Below, in pieces: positions 18,669-26,961 of a stretch of DNA of 64,000 nucleotides. Numbering within the stretch: the stretch's first letter is position 1; each line of letters starts with the position of its first letter. The position numbers and the translations under genes are program-made. The stretch is taken from assembly GCA_964589485.1 (NCBI GenBank), contig CAZPRK010000001.1, positions 184,401 through 248,400 of the forward strand. The letters are read 5' to 3'. A model generated the notes under the pieces. That model had not been told where the DNA came from. It did no database searches and worked only from the letters and a program-made list of their open reading frames with translations. Source of the DNA: an uncultured Methanosarcinales archaeon (GTDB taxonomy: Archaea; Nanobdellota; Nanobdellia; Woesearchaeales; CAYSVS01).

Positions 18669-19118
18669 CTATTTCTTTCTTTTAACTCCAGTTGCTTTTC
18701 CTTTATTTTTTCTAAAATTATTTTTAGTTTTTTGACCTCTTACAGGTAATCCAGCACTATGTCTTGAACCAATGTAAGATTTAATTTTTCTTTGAAGTTT
18801 AATATCATTATCTTGTATAAATTTAATATCAGAAGAGACTAAATGCATATCTTTACCAGTTTCTGGATCTTTTTTTCTGTTATAAGTCCATGCTGGAGCA
18901 CCTAATTTTTCAGGATTTCTAATTGCTTCATCTAATTTTGAAACTTGTTCTTCACTTAGATCTCCTACTTTTAGATTTTTATCTATATTTAATAAATTTA
19001 AAACCATATTTGAAAACATATGACTAATTCCTTTAATTCTAGTTAGACCTAAATAAATAGATTTGTTACCATCGATGTCCGTATTAACAATTCTTACAAT
19101 GTGTCTAAATTCTGCCAT
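18669..19118 (-). CDS. rps13: 30S ribosomal protein S13 (uS13)
   Basis: FRHIVRIVNTDIDGNK...GLTRIKGI...SYIGSRHSAGLPVRGQKTK. Confidence 0.95.
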   Translation of the reverse strand: MAEFRHIVRIVNTDIDGNKSIYLGLTRIKGISHMFSNMVLNLLNIDKNLKVGDLSEEQVSKLDEAIRNPEKLGAPAWTYNRKKDPETGKDMHLVSSDIKFIQDNDIKLQRKIKSYIGSRHSAGLPVRGQKTKNNFRKNKGKATGVKRKK

Positions 19119-19277
19119 TATTTATTCCTCCAAAAACATTATAGAATTAACTTTATTCTACAATGTCACAGCAAATTGCTGAGATTCAAAGATCATATCC
19201 TAAGATACGACATTGTTATAGTTTCATGAAATTTGAGTTTGTTTATAAAGCTTTCGGAGAAGCATTGTTAAAGAAAG

Positions 19278-19350
19278 GGCGATCGGCGGGAATCGAACCC
19301 GCTCCTAAAGCTCCACAGGCTTCAATGCTAACCGTTACACTACGATCGCC
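19278..19350 (-). tRNA. tRNA-His (GTG) with genome-encoded G-1, no intron, no encoded CCA
   Basis: Minus-strand reading: G(-1)-GCGATCG-TA-GTGT-AACGGTTA-GCAT-T-GAAGC-CTGTGGA-GCTTT-AGGA-GCGGG-TTCGATT-CCCGC-CGATCGC-C. The anticodon loop is CT-GTG-GA. G-1 lies opposite discriminator C73. Confidence 0.9.
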
Positions 19351-19396
19351 ATATCATCTAGAAATAATTAAATTGCTTATAAAATTATCTAAAAGT

Positions 19397-19891
19397 TTAT
19401 TTTTTTTTCTTTAAGTTAATCCATATATAAGGAATTAAAAAAGTAACTATATATGATGTGCCTATATATATTGGGTTATGTCTAATTTCAGTTTTAAAAA
19501 CATCTGAGAAAAAATTAGCTCCTTGTACCATAAAGTAAATGTTTAATAATGCTATTAAAGGAACAAATATGGCAGCAAATAAATGATGTTTTGGTTCTAA
19601 ATGTTCAATATCTTTAATTAAAAAACTAAACAATATTCCAAATAATAAACCCATTATTGCTACTATAATTATTGAAAATGTATCTTTAAATACTATTAAG
19701 AATGGGATTAAGAATAAAGAAATACCAAAATTACAAACTGCCATTATTAGCAAAGACATCCAATATAACAATTTATTTAATTCTTTTTTACTATTGGATT
19801 TATCACGTAATTTGAAGGATTCAATTGAAGCATTTAATTTATGAAAATCTGATTCTTCCCACCCTTTTTTATGTAAATTATCTATTTTCAT
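19397..19891 (-). CDS. polytopic membrane protein (hypothetical), ATGA-overlapped with MinD
   Basis: Four hydrophobic helices (e.g. LLYWMSLLIMAVCNFGISLFLIPFLIVF). The start overlaps the upstream stop by 4 nt. Confidence 0.6.
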   Translation of the reverse strand: MKIDNLHKKGWEESDFHKLNASIESFKLRDKSNSKKELNKLLYWMSLLIMAVCNFGISLFLIPFLIVFKDTFSIIIVAIMGLLFGILFSFLIKDIEHLEPKHHLFAAIFVPLIALLNIYFMVQGANFFSDVFKTEIRHNPIYIGTSYIVTFLIPYIWINLKKKK

Positions 19892-20601
19892 TCTGTGCTT
19901 CCAATTAATTTGATTGCCAGGTTTTTAAAACTTTTGCTTGATTCTGCTTCAGGGAAACTAAACACTACTGGATGTTTTGTGTTTAATGCTTCTTTAACTT
20001 TTGTATCGCTTGGAATTTGACCTAATATTACTTTATCTAACATTGATGCAATATTATGTGGAGACATTTCGTATTTATCATTTCTTATTTTATTTATTAT
20101 TACTCCTAATACACTAACTCCTTTTTCTTCACAATAATGTATGGTTCTTAATGTATCTGTAACTGATGCTAAGTCTGGATTTGTAACAACTATAGCTTCA
20201 TCTATGGCATTTATTGTATGTTGTGCATCTTGATTTAACCCCGGTGGACAGTCTATTAATAATAATTCTGTTTTTCCTTTTATTTGGTTGACGTGTTTAT
20301 GTATCTCGTCTAATTTAACAGAATTAATATCTTTAAATTTTATACTTGAAGGAATAACTTTCATTCCGCTTGTATGTCTATAAACTGCTTCAGAAATATG
20401 AGCTTTGTTTTGAAGTACATGGTTAAAATATGTTGGTAAATTAGTACAACCTAAGTGGATTGCAACATTTGGCATTCCTATGTTAGCATCAAGAACACAT
20501 ACATCTCTTTTATATTCACGTAAAGCTAAAGCTAAATTTAATGTAGTGGTAGTTTTACCAACACCTCCTTTTCCGCTTAAAATTCCAACGCATCTACTCA
20601 T
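19888..20601 (-). CDS. minD: MinD/ParA-family P-loop ATPase
   Basis: Deviant Walker A GILSGKGGVGKTTTTLNLA. Walker B LLLIDCPPG. Size is typical of archaeal MinD homologues. Confidence 0.85.
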   Translation of the reverse strand: MSRCVGILSGKGGVGKTTTTLNLALALREYKRDVCVLDANIGMPNVAIHLGCTNLPTYFNHVLQNKAHISEAVYRHTSGMKVIPSSIKFKDINSVKLDEIHKHVNQIKGKTELLLIDCPPGLNQDAQHTINAIDEAIVVTNPDLASVTDTLRTIHYCEEKGVSVLGVIINKIRNDKYEMSPHNIASMLDKVILGQIPSDTKVKEALNTKHPVVFSFPEAESSKSFKNLAIKLIGSTE

Positions 20602-21082
20602 AGAGTTCGTTCTCTTCTGGTTTGACTATATTTTTATATTCTTGCCAAAATTGTCTTGTTTGATCAAAATATTCTCTTAAATTATCTATTTCGACTTCAA
20701 CTATAGTTTCTGTATCTGTTTCTAAATCTATAATCGTACTTGTCATAGTTACATGTCTTCTAAATTCTTTACTAGCAGTATATTTAGCCCTATAAAGTTT
20801 TCTTAAAAATAAATAATGTTCTACAAAAGATTTAATTTCTTCTTCTTTGTTGTGTTTTTTAATCTGATTAATTTTAGCTAAAGGTGCACTTGCAGGTTCT
20901 TCGATTACATTTTTTCCTTGTAATAAATCTAAATAACCGTTTATTAAGAATTCATGTGCAGTAATTAGTCTTTTAATAACATTTCTTATTACATCTACAG
21001 TTCTTGCATATTTCAAGCTAACGAACAATAAATGTTCTGCTCTTTTAATTTCATCTTCTGAATCAGTTAAATATTCTGTCAT
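20594..21082 (-). CDS. helical hypothetical protein, paralog of 21582..22061
   Basis: It aligns with the 159-aa ORF across three blocks. Block 1: EIKRAEHLLFVSLKYARTVDVIRNVIKRLITAHEFLINGYL vs ELKRADFLIFVSLKYSAVVEIMRNGISRLVDAMEHVINGYL. Block 2: EFRRHVTMTSTI vs EFRKKLTMISTI. Block 3: IDNLREYFDQTRQFWQEYKNI vs IESLKEYYKQTQEFIDKYKQI. Confidence 0.65.
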   Translation of the reverse strand: MTEYLTDSEDEIKRAEHLLFVSLKYARTVDVIRNVIKRLITAHEFLINGYLDLLQGKNVIEEPASAPLAKINQIKKHNKEEEIKSFVEHYLFLRKLYRAKYTASKEFRRHVTMTSTIIDLETDTETIVEVEIDNLREYFDQTRQFWQEYKNIVKPEENELYE

Positions 21083-21545
21083 TTTTAAGTATGTTAGATG
21101 TTACATTGTAATAAAGCTTTGCCTTTGCTATGTTTTTTTTAAGTTCATCTACTGAAATTGTTTTAATAGTATAATTTTCGTTACATATGACAAATTTACC
21201 ATTTTTAGAAAATTCTACTGGGCTTGATTTATGAGATTTTATTACTTCTTTGATTTCTTTCATTAAAATAATAAATTCTTTATCAAAACTATATCTTTGT
21301 GCTACTTCTTGTTGAAAAATATTACATTTACTTTCAAAGCTATCCCCATAATATCCTATTCTTTTGTAATATTTGTCAAATTCTAAAATTGTTTCCATTA
21401 AAAGTGTTAATGAATTACTTATATTATCAACAACAGCTAACAACATTTTTGGGTCTTGTATTAATGGATATGTTGTAGTTAACATATGATCTGCTGCCAT
21501 TAAATGTTTTTTAGCTTTATTGTGTTTTTCTTCAAATTCTGTCAT
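21063..21545 (-). CDS. helical hypothetical protein (possibly distantly related to its two neighbours)
   Basis: 160-aa ORF that overlaps the downstream gene by 20 nt. N-terminal helix KAKKHLMAADHMLTTTYPLIQDPKMLLAVVDNISNSL. No known motif. Confidence 0.55.
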   Translation of the reverse strand: MTEFEEKHNKAKKHLMAADHMLTTTYPLIQDPKMLLAVVDNISNSLTLLMETILEFDKYYKRIGYYGDSFESKCNIFQQEVAQRYSFDKEFIILMKEIKEVIKSHKSSPVEFSKNGKFVICNENYTIKTISVDELKKNIAKAKLYYNVTSNILKNDRIFN

Positions 21546-21581
21546 GTGAGGTAAAAAATATGTTGTAGTTGTTTTTAAAGT

Positions 21582-22061
21582 TTACTCCTCATCACTTTTG
21601 ATTTGTTTATATTTATCAATAAATTCTTGAGTTTGTTTGTAATACTCTTTTAAAGATTCAATGTTTACATGAACAATCTCTTCTTTATCACTATTTTTTA
21701 TTGTAGAAATCATTGTAAGTTTTTTTCTAAATTCGCCTTCTTTTTTATAACTAGCTTTTAAAAGGCTTTTTAAGAATCCATAAAATTCTAAATGTGATTT
21801 AAGGTCTTGGTTATTTTCTTCTAATAGTTTAACTTTTGCAATGTTGTTATTAGGTATCTCAATAATTTTATTACTTTTTTCTAAATCATTTAAGTATCCA
21901 TTGATTACATGTTCCATGGCATCTACTAATCTACTAATTCCGTTTCTCATTATTTCAACTACTGCGCTATATTTTAAACTAACAAAAATTAGAAAGTCAG
22001 CCCTTTTTAGTTCAAATAATGAGTTTTCTAAAAACTCGTCCATTTCTAATAAGAATTCCAT
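21582..22061 (-). CDS. helical hypothetical protein, paralog of 20594..21082
   Basis: See the alignment blocks given for 20594..21082. Confidence 0.65.
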   Translation of the reverse strand: MEFLLEMDEFLENSLFELKRADFLIFVSLKYSAVVEIMRNGISRLVDAMEHVINGYLNDLEKSNKIIEIPNNNIAKVKLLEENNQDLKSHLEFYGFLKSLLKASYKKEGEFRKKLTMISTIKNSDKEEIVHVNIESLKEYYKQTQEFIDKYKQIKSDEE

Positions 22062-22076
22062 ATGGGTTTTATTAAT

Positions 22077-22415
22077 TTATTCTTTTAGACCCATAATTGC
22101 TTCTGCAATATCTCCTTTTGTAATAGCTAAAGCTTCTTTTGCTGTAGTTTCATTAACATTAGCTTGTTCCATAACTGTCTTAATATCATCATCATTAATT
22201 TCAGGAGTGGTTTCTTTTGTAATTTCTTCTTCATCTCCTGAAATTTGATATGTCATTTGCCCCATCATATTAACTCTACTTACTTGAGGATTTTTTATTA
22301 TTATTTCTTTATCTGAACATTTAATAATTATTTCATGAGCATCTAATTCTTGTTGTGCAATGCCTAACTTTTTCATTGCTTGTTCCATTTTTTTTGGGTT
22401 CATTCCAGGAATCAT
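22077..22415 (-). CDS. nac: nascent polypeptide-associated complex protein (archaeal NAC, NAC plus UBA domains)
   Basis: MNPKKMEQAMKKLGI..QELDA.EIIIK...IIIKNPQVSRVNMMGQMTYQISG, plus a C-terminal UBA-like ETTAKEALAITKGDIAEAIMGL. Confidence 0.9.
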   Translation of the reverse strand: MIPGMNPKKMEQAMKKLGIAQQELDAHEIIIKCSDKEIIIKNPQVSRVNMMGQMTYQISGDEEEITKETTPEINDDDIKTVMEQANVNETTAKEALAITKGDIAEAIMGLKE

Positions 22416-22417
22416 TT

Positions 22418-22594
22418 TTAAGCACCTATAAGTGAAGGGCCATAAATATGGAGAATTATCATTAGAATCATTACAACAAAAATAAGAACTACAACTGCCC
22501 CAGGGGAAATTTCAATTTTACTTTTATATTCTTCAAAATATCTTGTTAATCCGCCCCCAGATGAAGGCATTGTAACTTTATTATCTCTTGCCAT
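22418..22594 (-). CDS. secG: preprotein translocase subunit Sec61-beta (SecG); 58 aa, absent from the ORF track
   Basis: My translation of the minus strand gives MARDNKVTMPSSGGGLTRYFEEYKSKIEISPGAVVVLIFVVMILMIILHIYGPSLIGA. This matches the archaeal Sec61-beta pattern (pSSgaGL.RYf.e...i.i.P, then a C-terminal TM helix). The stop lies 2 nt before the nac start. Confidence 0.8.
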   Translation of the reverse strand: MARDNKVTMPSSGGGLTRYFEEYKSKIEISPGAVVVLIFVVMILMIILHIYGPSLIGA

Positions 22595-22630
22595 TTTTTC
22601 ACTTAAAACTTTTCTTTATTTAAAATTATT

Positions 22631-22930
22631 GGTAGAGCAAGCATAAGCCGCCTTCTGTCAGTCTTTACGATAAACATAAACAGACTGTCTTTGCATTCTA
22701 CTTAGCCTCTTACGAGTTGCACAAGCCAGGACTCACCGTTTCACCTATCCCCATAAAGACGTCAGCGGATTAACTTAGTTATTGTTGCCAAAACCTTCAC
22801 GCGCATCATTCCATAATTTATGGGAAGTATCGTTTCTGAGTGGTTGCCATCCTTTTCAAGATCTCAAAGAGTGGCCTTTTATTGTGGGCGGACTTTCCTC
22901 ACTTACGCGATAGCAAAGTACTCCCCTACC
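22631..22930 (-). ncRNA. rnpB: RNase P RNA (ends approximate)
   Basis: GC-rich island. The minus strand carries GAGGAAAGTCCGCCC (CR-I, consensus GAGGAAAGUCCGGGC) and ACAGAAGGCGGCTTATG (CR-V-like ACAGAA.CCGGCUUA). A P1-like pairing GGTAG..GAG / GCTCTACC joins the ends. A TATA box (ATTTATAAATA, plus 22951-22960) lies about 25 nt upstream. Confidence 0.85.
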
Positions 22931-22953
22931 AAGTTAAAATAACATAAGATTAT

Positions 22954-25900
22954 TTATAAATATTTTGGTCTTTTTATTTTTCTGTAGATTAAATAAAATA
23001 AGAAATAAATAAATATTGTACTTATTATATGCTTTGAGTAATTCTTTTTTTCTTCTATGATTTGTTTAGGTTCTTCAACTTTAATTTCAATTACAGGTTC
23101 TGCAACTTCTTTAGCTTCATTAATAACTTTTTCTTTATAATTTTCATCTATTTCATTTATTCTTAATACTATTTTATCATTATTTATATCTAATAATGTA
23201 AACATAATATCGTATATACCATCTTCATTAAAATCAAGTTTACTATTTTTATCAAAATTTAAATCTACTACAAATTGTTTTGAATTAAATAGTAATTTTA
23301 CATTATTATCTTTAATCTCTATTATTTTTATTACATGATTTTCGCTTTTAATATATATAGGATATTCTAAATTAAGTCTTAAAACTAATTCATTTGGTTT
23401 ATCTTTTTTGGTAGATATTCCTGTACTTATACTACCTCCTCCTCCGCTAGAAGTACTTGATGATGAACTAGAAGAGCTTGATTCTGCAACAGTTCCTCTA
23501 ACTGCTGAATGTTGTAAATTATTAATTTCAAATTTACTTCCTTGATCAATACAAGTAATTCCGTTAATAGTAGTTTGTCCATCTATACAAGAAGTAAAAT
23601 CGGTTTCATTCACGCCAGTACAATCGCTACTCATTTCACTTATTGTATTAATTTCTTGATCTTTTACGCAGAGAGTTGTATACTCACTATCATCTAAATA
23701 TATTGTTTTATTTCCTTGAATTTCTGTTGATGCATTAATTAGAATGTATGAAGCTGCTTTAATTATTTTTATTTTACTCAAGTCAAGGTTATCTCTTGTG
23801 AAATTATGTGTGAAATTAACTATCAATTGCGCTCTATCATATAATTTAATTTGTTTTTTACCAGTATAAGAATTATTAGTTCTATTGCCGCCTATTGTAA
23901 TATTTAATCTAGTAAATCCAGAAGCATTTACAGCAGATTCATTGTATAACAATCCATCTTCATTATCAATAATTCCATCTCCATCTGTATCTGTAGTTCC
24001 ATTTAGAATTAAGCTTCTATTAATTGACCAATTTGAGTTTCCTGCATTGTCGTATGATAAACAGTTCCATGTATAATTTCCTGTTTTTAAAGATAATGTC
24101 CATTGTGCAGATGTGTTAGTTCCAGAAATTAGAGCACTTTGATTTTTTACAAAACTTTGATTTGTCTTATTTGTAATATAGAGTGATATATTTTTTAATT
24201 CTATATTATCTGTAACTGAACAATTAAAATTAAATGATAAAGGGTTAGTAGAACTGTTGATGTGAGCAGTTGGTGATACTAAAGTAGTTACAGGGGAAGT
24301 TGTATCTATTGTAAAAGTAACACTTGAACTGTTTACATTTCCTGCGCTATCATTAACCCATATTGTTACATTATGTTCTCCATCTTTCCATGTAATTGAC
24401 GTAATATTAGAACATCCTGCTAAAGTTGTATTGGTAGTCATTGAATCATTGCTGTACCAACAAGTATCAACATTGTTGTCAAAAATGGTATAATTAACAT
24501 TTAATACATTATTTGTTGAGTTAGTATTATTGTTAGGATAATTAATTATTATTGATGGATTAGTTGTATCTATTGTAAAAGTAATACTTGAACTGTTTAC
24601 ATTTCCTGTGCTATCATTAACCCATATTGTAACATTATGTTGTCCTTCGCTCCACGTAATTGAAGTAATATTGGAACACCCTGATAAAGTTGTATTTGTA
24701 GTCATTGAATCATTAGAATACCAACATTGGTCTAAATTTGTGTCAAAAACTGTATAATTAATATTTATTTGAGAATTTGAACTGTTTGAATTATTTGAAG
24801 GTGAAGTTATAGATAAACTTGGACTTGTACTATCTAAAGTAATAGTTCTTAGTATTGTTTTATTTTGATTTCCTGAAGTATCTTTTGCATAAGTAAAATA
24901 AGTGTAATCCCCGTCGCTTAATAAATTAGTTGCATTCTTGCTTTGATTTACATACAACTCCCATTTATTTGTATCGTATTTTCTTAAATTACTTGTATAT
25001 GTTTGGTAAACTTCGGAACTAGATAAACTTCTATTCCAAATTCTTAATTCATCTATTGAACCATCCCATCCAAAATTTCCGTCATGTTTCCTTCCAATGT
25101 AATATTGTGAAGTGATATACATATCTCCTGTAATAAAACTATGATTAACTTTTCTTCCATTTTCATATAATACAGCAGTTGTCCCATTATATGTAAATAC
25201 TAAATGCATCCACTGTCCGACTACTGGTGCGGAACCTTCAAGCAAAATTGCAGAGGTGCTAGTGTTTTGGAACTCTGTGCCCCATTTGTCATTTTGTGAA
25301 ATACCGAAATTAGCACCCCAATTATTACTTCCTGTTCCATATGCAAAATGCCATGCACTATTTACTATATTAGTTTTTAACCATGCAGAAACAGTCTGTT
25401 GATTTACATCTAAACTTGAAGGGTTGCTTAAATTAATATAATCATTACCGTCAAATTCAAATTGACTATGGTATCTTCCAGTTACATTTCCTTTAGCTCC
25501 AGAAACAGTTCCATTATTTCCAAAATTGGAATTATCAATTACAAAAGTAGAATTTTCTCCTATTGCAGAGTAATTATCAAAATTCATAAAAAGTATTAAA
25601 GAATCATTAAACAAAGTATAATTAGTTCCATTCCAGTTGTATGTTATTTTTTTAATATTTGTTTCTTCAATTGAAAAATTAAGCTTCACATTTTGTTGAG
25701 TTTGAATTGTTGCATTATTGGGAGTTAAAGTTGAAAAATCTATTAATGGTTTTATAGTGTCTGCTCTTTCGATATAAACTGACCAAATAGAAGTTTGATT
25801 TTGATTTCCAAAAGTATCATTAAAATACCAAGTCCAATTTAAAGTACTTCCATTTTGAGATATGTTTTTTATAATTGAAATTTCTAAACCATTATTAAAT

Positions 25901-26961
25901 GAAGATGTTGAATCATTTATCCAATTAGTTCCATTATAAAATCCAAAAATATATTGATCTGCATTAGCATCGTTTAAAGTAATGTTAAAATAAACATTAC
26001 TTGTAGAAAAGCTTGTCAGGTTAGTTTTATTTCCTGTCCAAGTGGGGTTAATGCTGTCAATTCCAAAATAAATAGAAGAACTATTAATATTATTTACGCT
26101 ATCATTAATCCAAATTGTTAAATTATGTTGACCTTCTGACCATGTTACTGAAGTAATATTAGAACACCCTGCTAAAGTCGTATTGGTAGTCATTGAATCA
26201 TTGCTATACCAACAAGTATCAACATTAGTATCAAAAATTGTATAATTAACATTTAATGCATTATTTGTTGAGTTAGTATTATTGTTAGGAAAATTAATTA
26301 TTATTGATGGATTAGTTGTATCTATTGTAAAATTTACAGTTGCACTTTCTTTATTGTTATTTGAATCATTTGCCCATATTGTTACGCTATGGCTACCTTC
26401 GCTCCAAATAACAGATGTAATATTTACACAATTAGCTAAACTTATATTGGTTGTCATTGAATCATTACTGTACCAACATGAATCTAAAGTTTCACTAGAT
26501 GCAGTAAAGTTTACATCTTGATTTGTATTATTTGTGAAAGTATTTGCAGATGGAATAATAATGGTAACGCTTGGTCCAGATGAACTTGCTATTATTGAAA
26601 TGTTAACTTGATTTGTGGAATTAGTAACTAATATGTCATTTGTTCTAACTGCATCTGCTTGAAAACTATAATTGGTTAAAACACCTGTTGCATTGATCCA
26701 AAACGTTATTATTGTAGACTCATTTCGGTTTAAAGTAATGTTTTGAGGGTTACTAAAATTAGTATAGAACGGTGTTGTTGTTATATTTGTATCAATAACA
26801 GTTTTTGGTTTACAATCAAAAGTTCCTGTTGCTGCCCAACATATAGCTTGCTTTGTTATATTTGCATCTGAACCTGTTGAACTAGGATAAGTATCAAAAG
26901 TATCCCATCCCAAGCCATACAAATTTTCCTGGATTTGTTCCAGTAGTAGCTTGCCCTGCAT
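22954..26961 (-). CDS. giant surface protein, C-terminal portion: repeated two-Cys Ig-like modules, LamG/concanavalin-like domain, DxDxDG Ca-binding-like motif, poly-Ser linker, C-terminal TM anchor. Probably continuous with 26894..29572.
   Basis: There are four copies of the ..CWYSNDSMTTNTTLAGCSNITSITWSEGQHNVTIWVNDS.GNVNSSS.TFTIDTT.PS module. The LamG-like block is about 24982-25599 (GNNGTVSGA..FEFDGNDYINL...TVSAWLK...GSIDELRIWNRSLS). Other elements are TDTDGDGIIDNEDG, SSSSSSSSSTSSGGGGS and a terminal TM segment IISTIFIYFLFYLIY. N-x-S/T sequons are very dense. There is no signal peptide at its own N-terminus. Confidence 0.8.
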   Translation of the reverse strand: MQGKLLLEQIQENLYGLGWDTFDTYPSSTGSDANITKQAICWAATGTFDCKPKTVIDTNITTTPFYTNFSNPQNITLNRNESTIITFWINATGVLTNYSFQADAVRTNDILVTNSTNQVNISIIASSSGPSVTIIIPSANTFTNNTNQDVNFTASSETLDSCWYSNDSMTTNISLANCVNITSVIWSEGSHSVTIWANDSNNNKESATVNFTIDTTNPSIIINFPNNNTNSTNNALNVNYTIFDTNVDTCWYSNDSMTTNTTLAGCSNITSVTWSEGQHNLTIWINDSVNNINSSSIYFGIDSINPTWTGNKTNLTSFSTSNVYFNITLNDANADQYIFGFYNGTNWINDSTSSFNNGLEISIIKNISQNGSTLNWTWYFNDTFGNQNQTSIWSVYIERADTIKPLIDFSTLTPNNATIQTQQNVKLNFSIEETNIKKITYNWNGTNYTLFNDSLILFMNFDNYSAIGENSTFVIDNSNFGNNGTVSGAKGNVTGRYHSQFEFDGNDYINLSNPSSLDVNQQTVSAWLKTNIVNSAWHFAYGTGSNNWGANFGISQNDKWGTEFQNTSTSAILLEGSAPVVGQWMHLVFTYNGTTAVLYENGRKVNHSFITGDMYITSQYYIGRKHDGNFGWDGSIDELRIWNRSLSSSEVYQTYTSNLRKYDTNKWELYVNQSKNATNLLSDGDYTYFTYAKDTSGNQNKTILRTITLDSTSPSLSITSPSNNSNSSNSQININYTVFDTNLDQCWYSNDSMTTNTTLSGCSNITSITWSEGQHNVTIWVNDSTGNVNSSSITFTIDTTNPSIIINYPNNNTNSTNNVLNVNYTIFDNNVDTCWYSNDSMTTNTTLAGCSNITSITWKDGEHNVTIWVNDSAGNVNSSSVTFTIDTTSPVTTLVSPTAHINSSTNPLSFNFNCSVTDNIELKNISLYITNKTNQSFVKNQSALISGTNTSAQWTLSLKTGNYTWNCLSYDNAGNSNWSINRSLILNGTTDTDGDGIIDNEDGLLYNESAVNASGFTRLNITIGGNRTNNSYTGKKQIKLYDRAQLIVNFTHNFTRDNLDLSKIKIIKAASYILINASTEIQGNKTIYLDDSEYTTLCVKDQEINTISEMSSDCTGVNETDFTSCIDGQTTINGITCIDQGSKFEINNLQHSAVRGTVAESSSSSSSSSTSSGGGGSISTGISTKKDKPNELVLRLNLEYPIYIKSENHVIKIIEIKDNNVKLLFNSKQFVVDLNFDKNSKLDFNEDGIYDIMFTLLDINNDKIVLRINEIDENYKEKVINEAKEVAEPVIEIKVEEPKQIIEEKKNYSKHIISTIFIYFLFYLIYRKIKRPKYL
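24295..24828 (-). repeat. tandem pair of about 90-codon module cassettes (block A), near-identical at DNA level to 26047..26577
   Basis: For example, the plus-strand stretch near 24388-24585 (ccatgtaattgacgtaatattagaacatcctgctaaagttgtattggtagtcattgaatcattgctgtaccaacaagtatcaac...) matches about 26140-26335 with only scattered substitutions. Confidence 0.8.
26047..26577 (-). repeat. tandem pair of module cassettes (block B), counterpart of 24295..24828
   Basis: Same module pair (aa 129-305 of the 1335-aa ORF). The two pairs flank the central, non-repeated part of the protein that contains the LamG-like domain. Confidence 0.8.

Noticed and set aside
19163-19414. An 83-aa plus-strand ORF between rps13 and the membrane protein gene.
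   Set aside because: It is laid over tRNA-His (19278-19350, minus strand). The GC-rich tRNA sequence explains the open frame.
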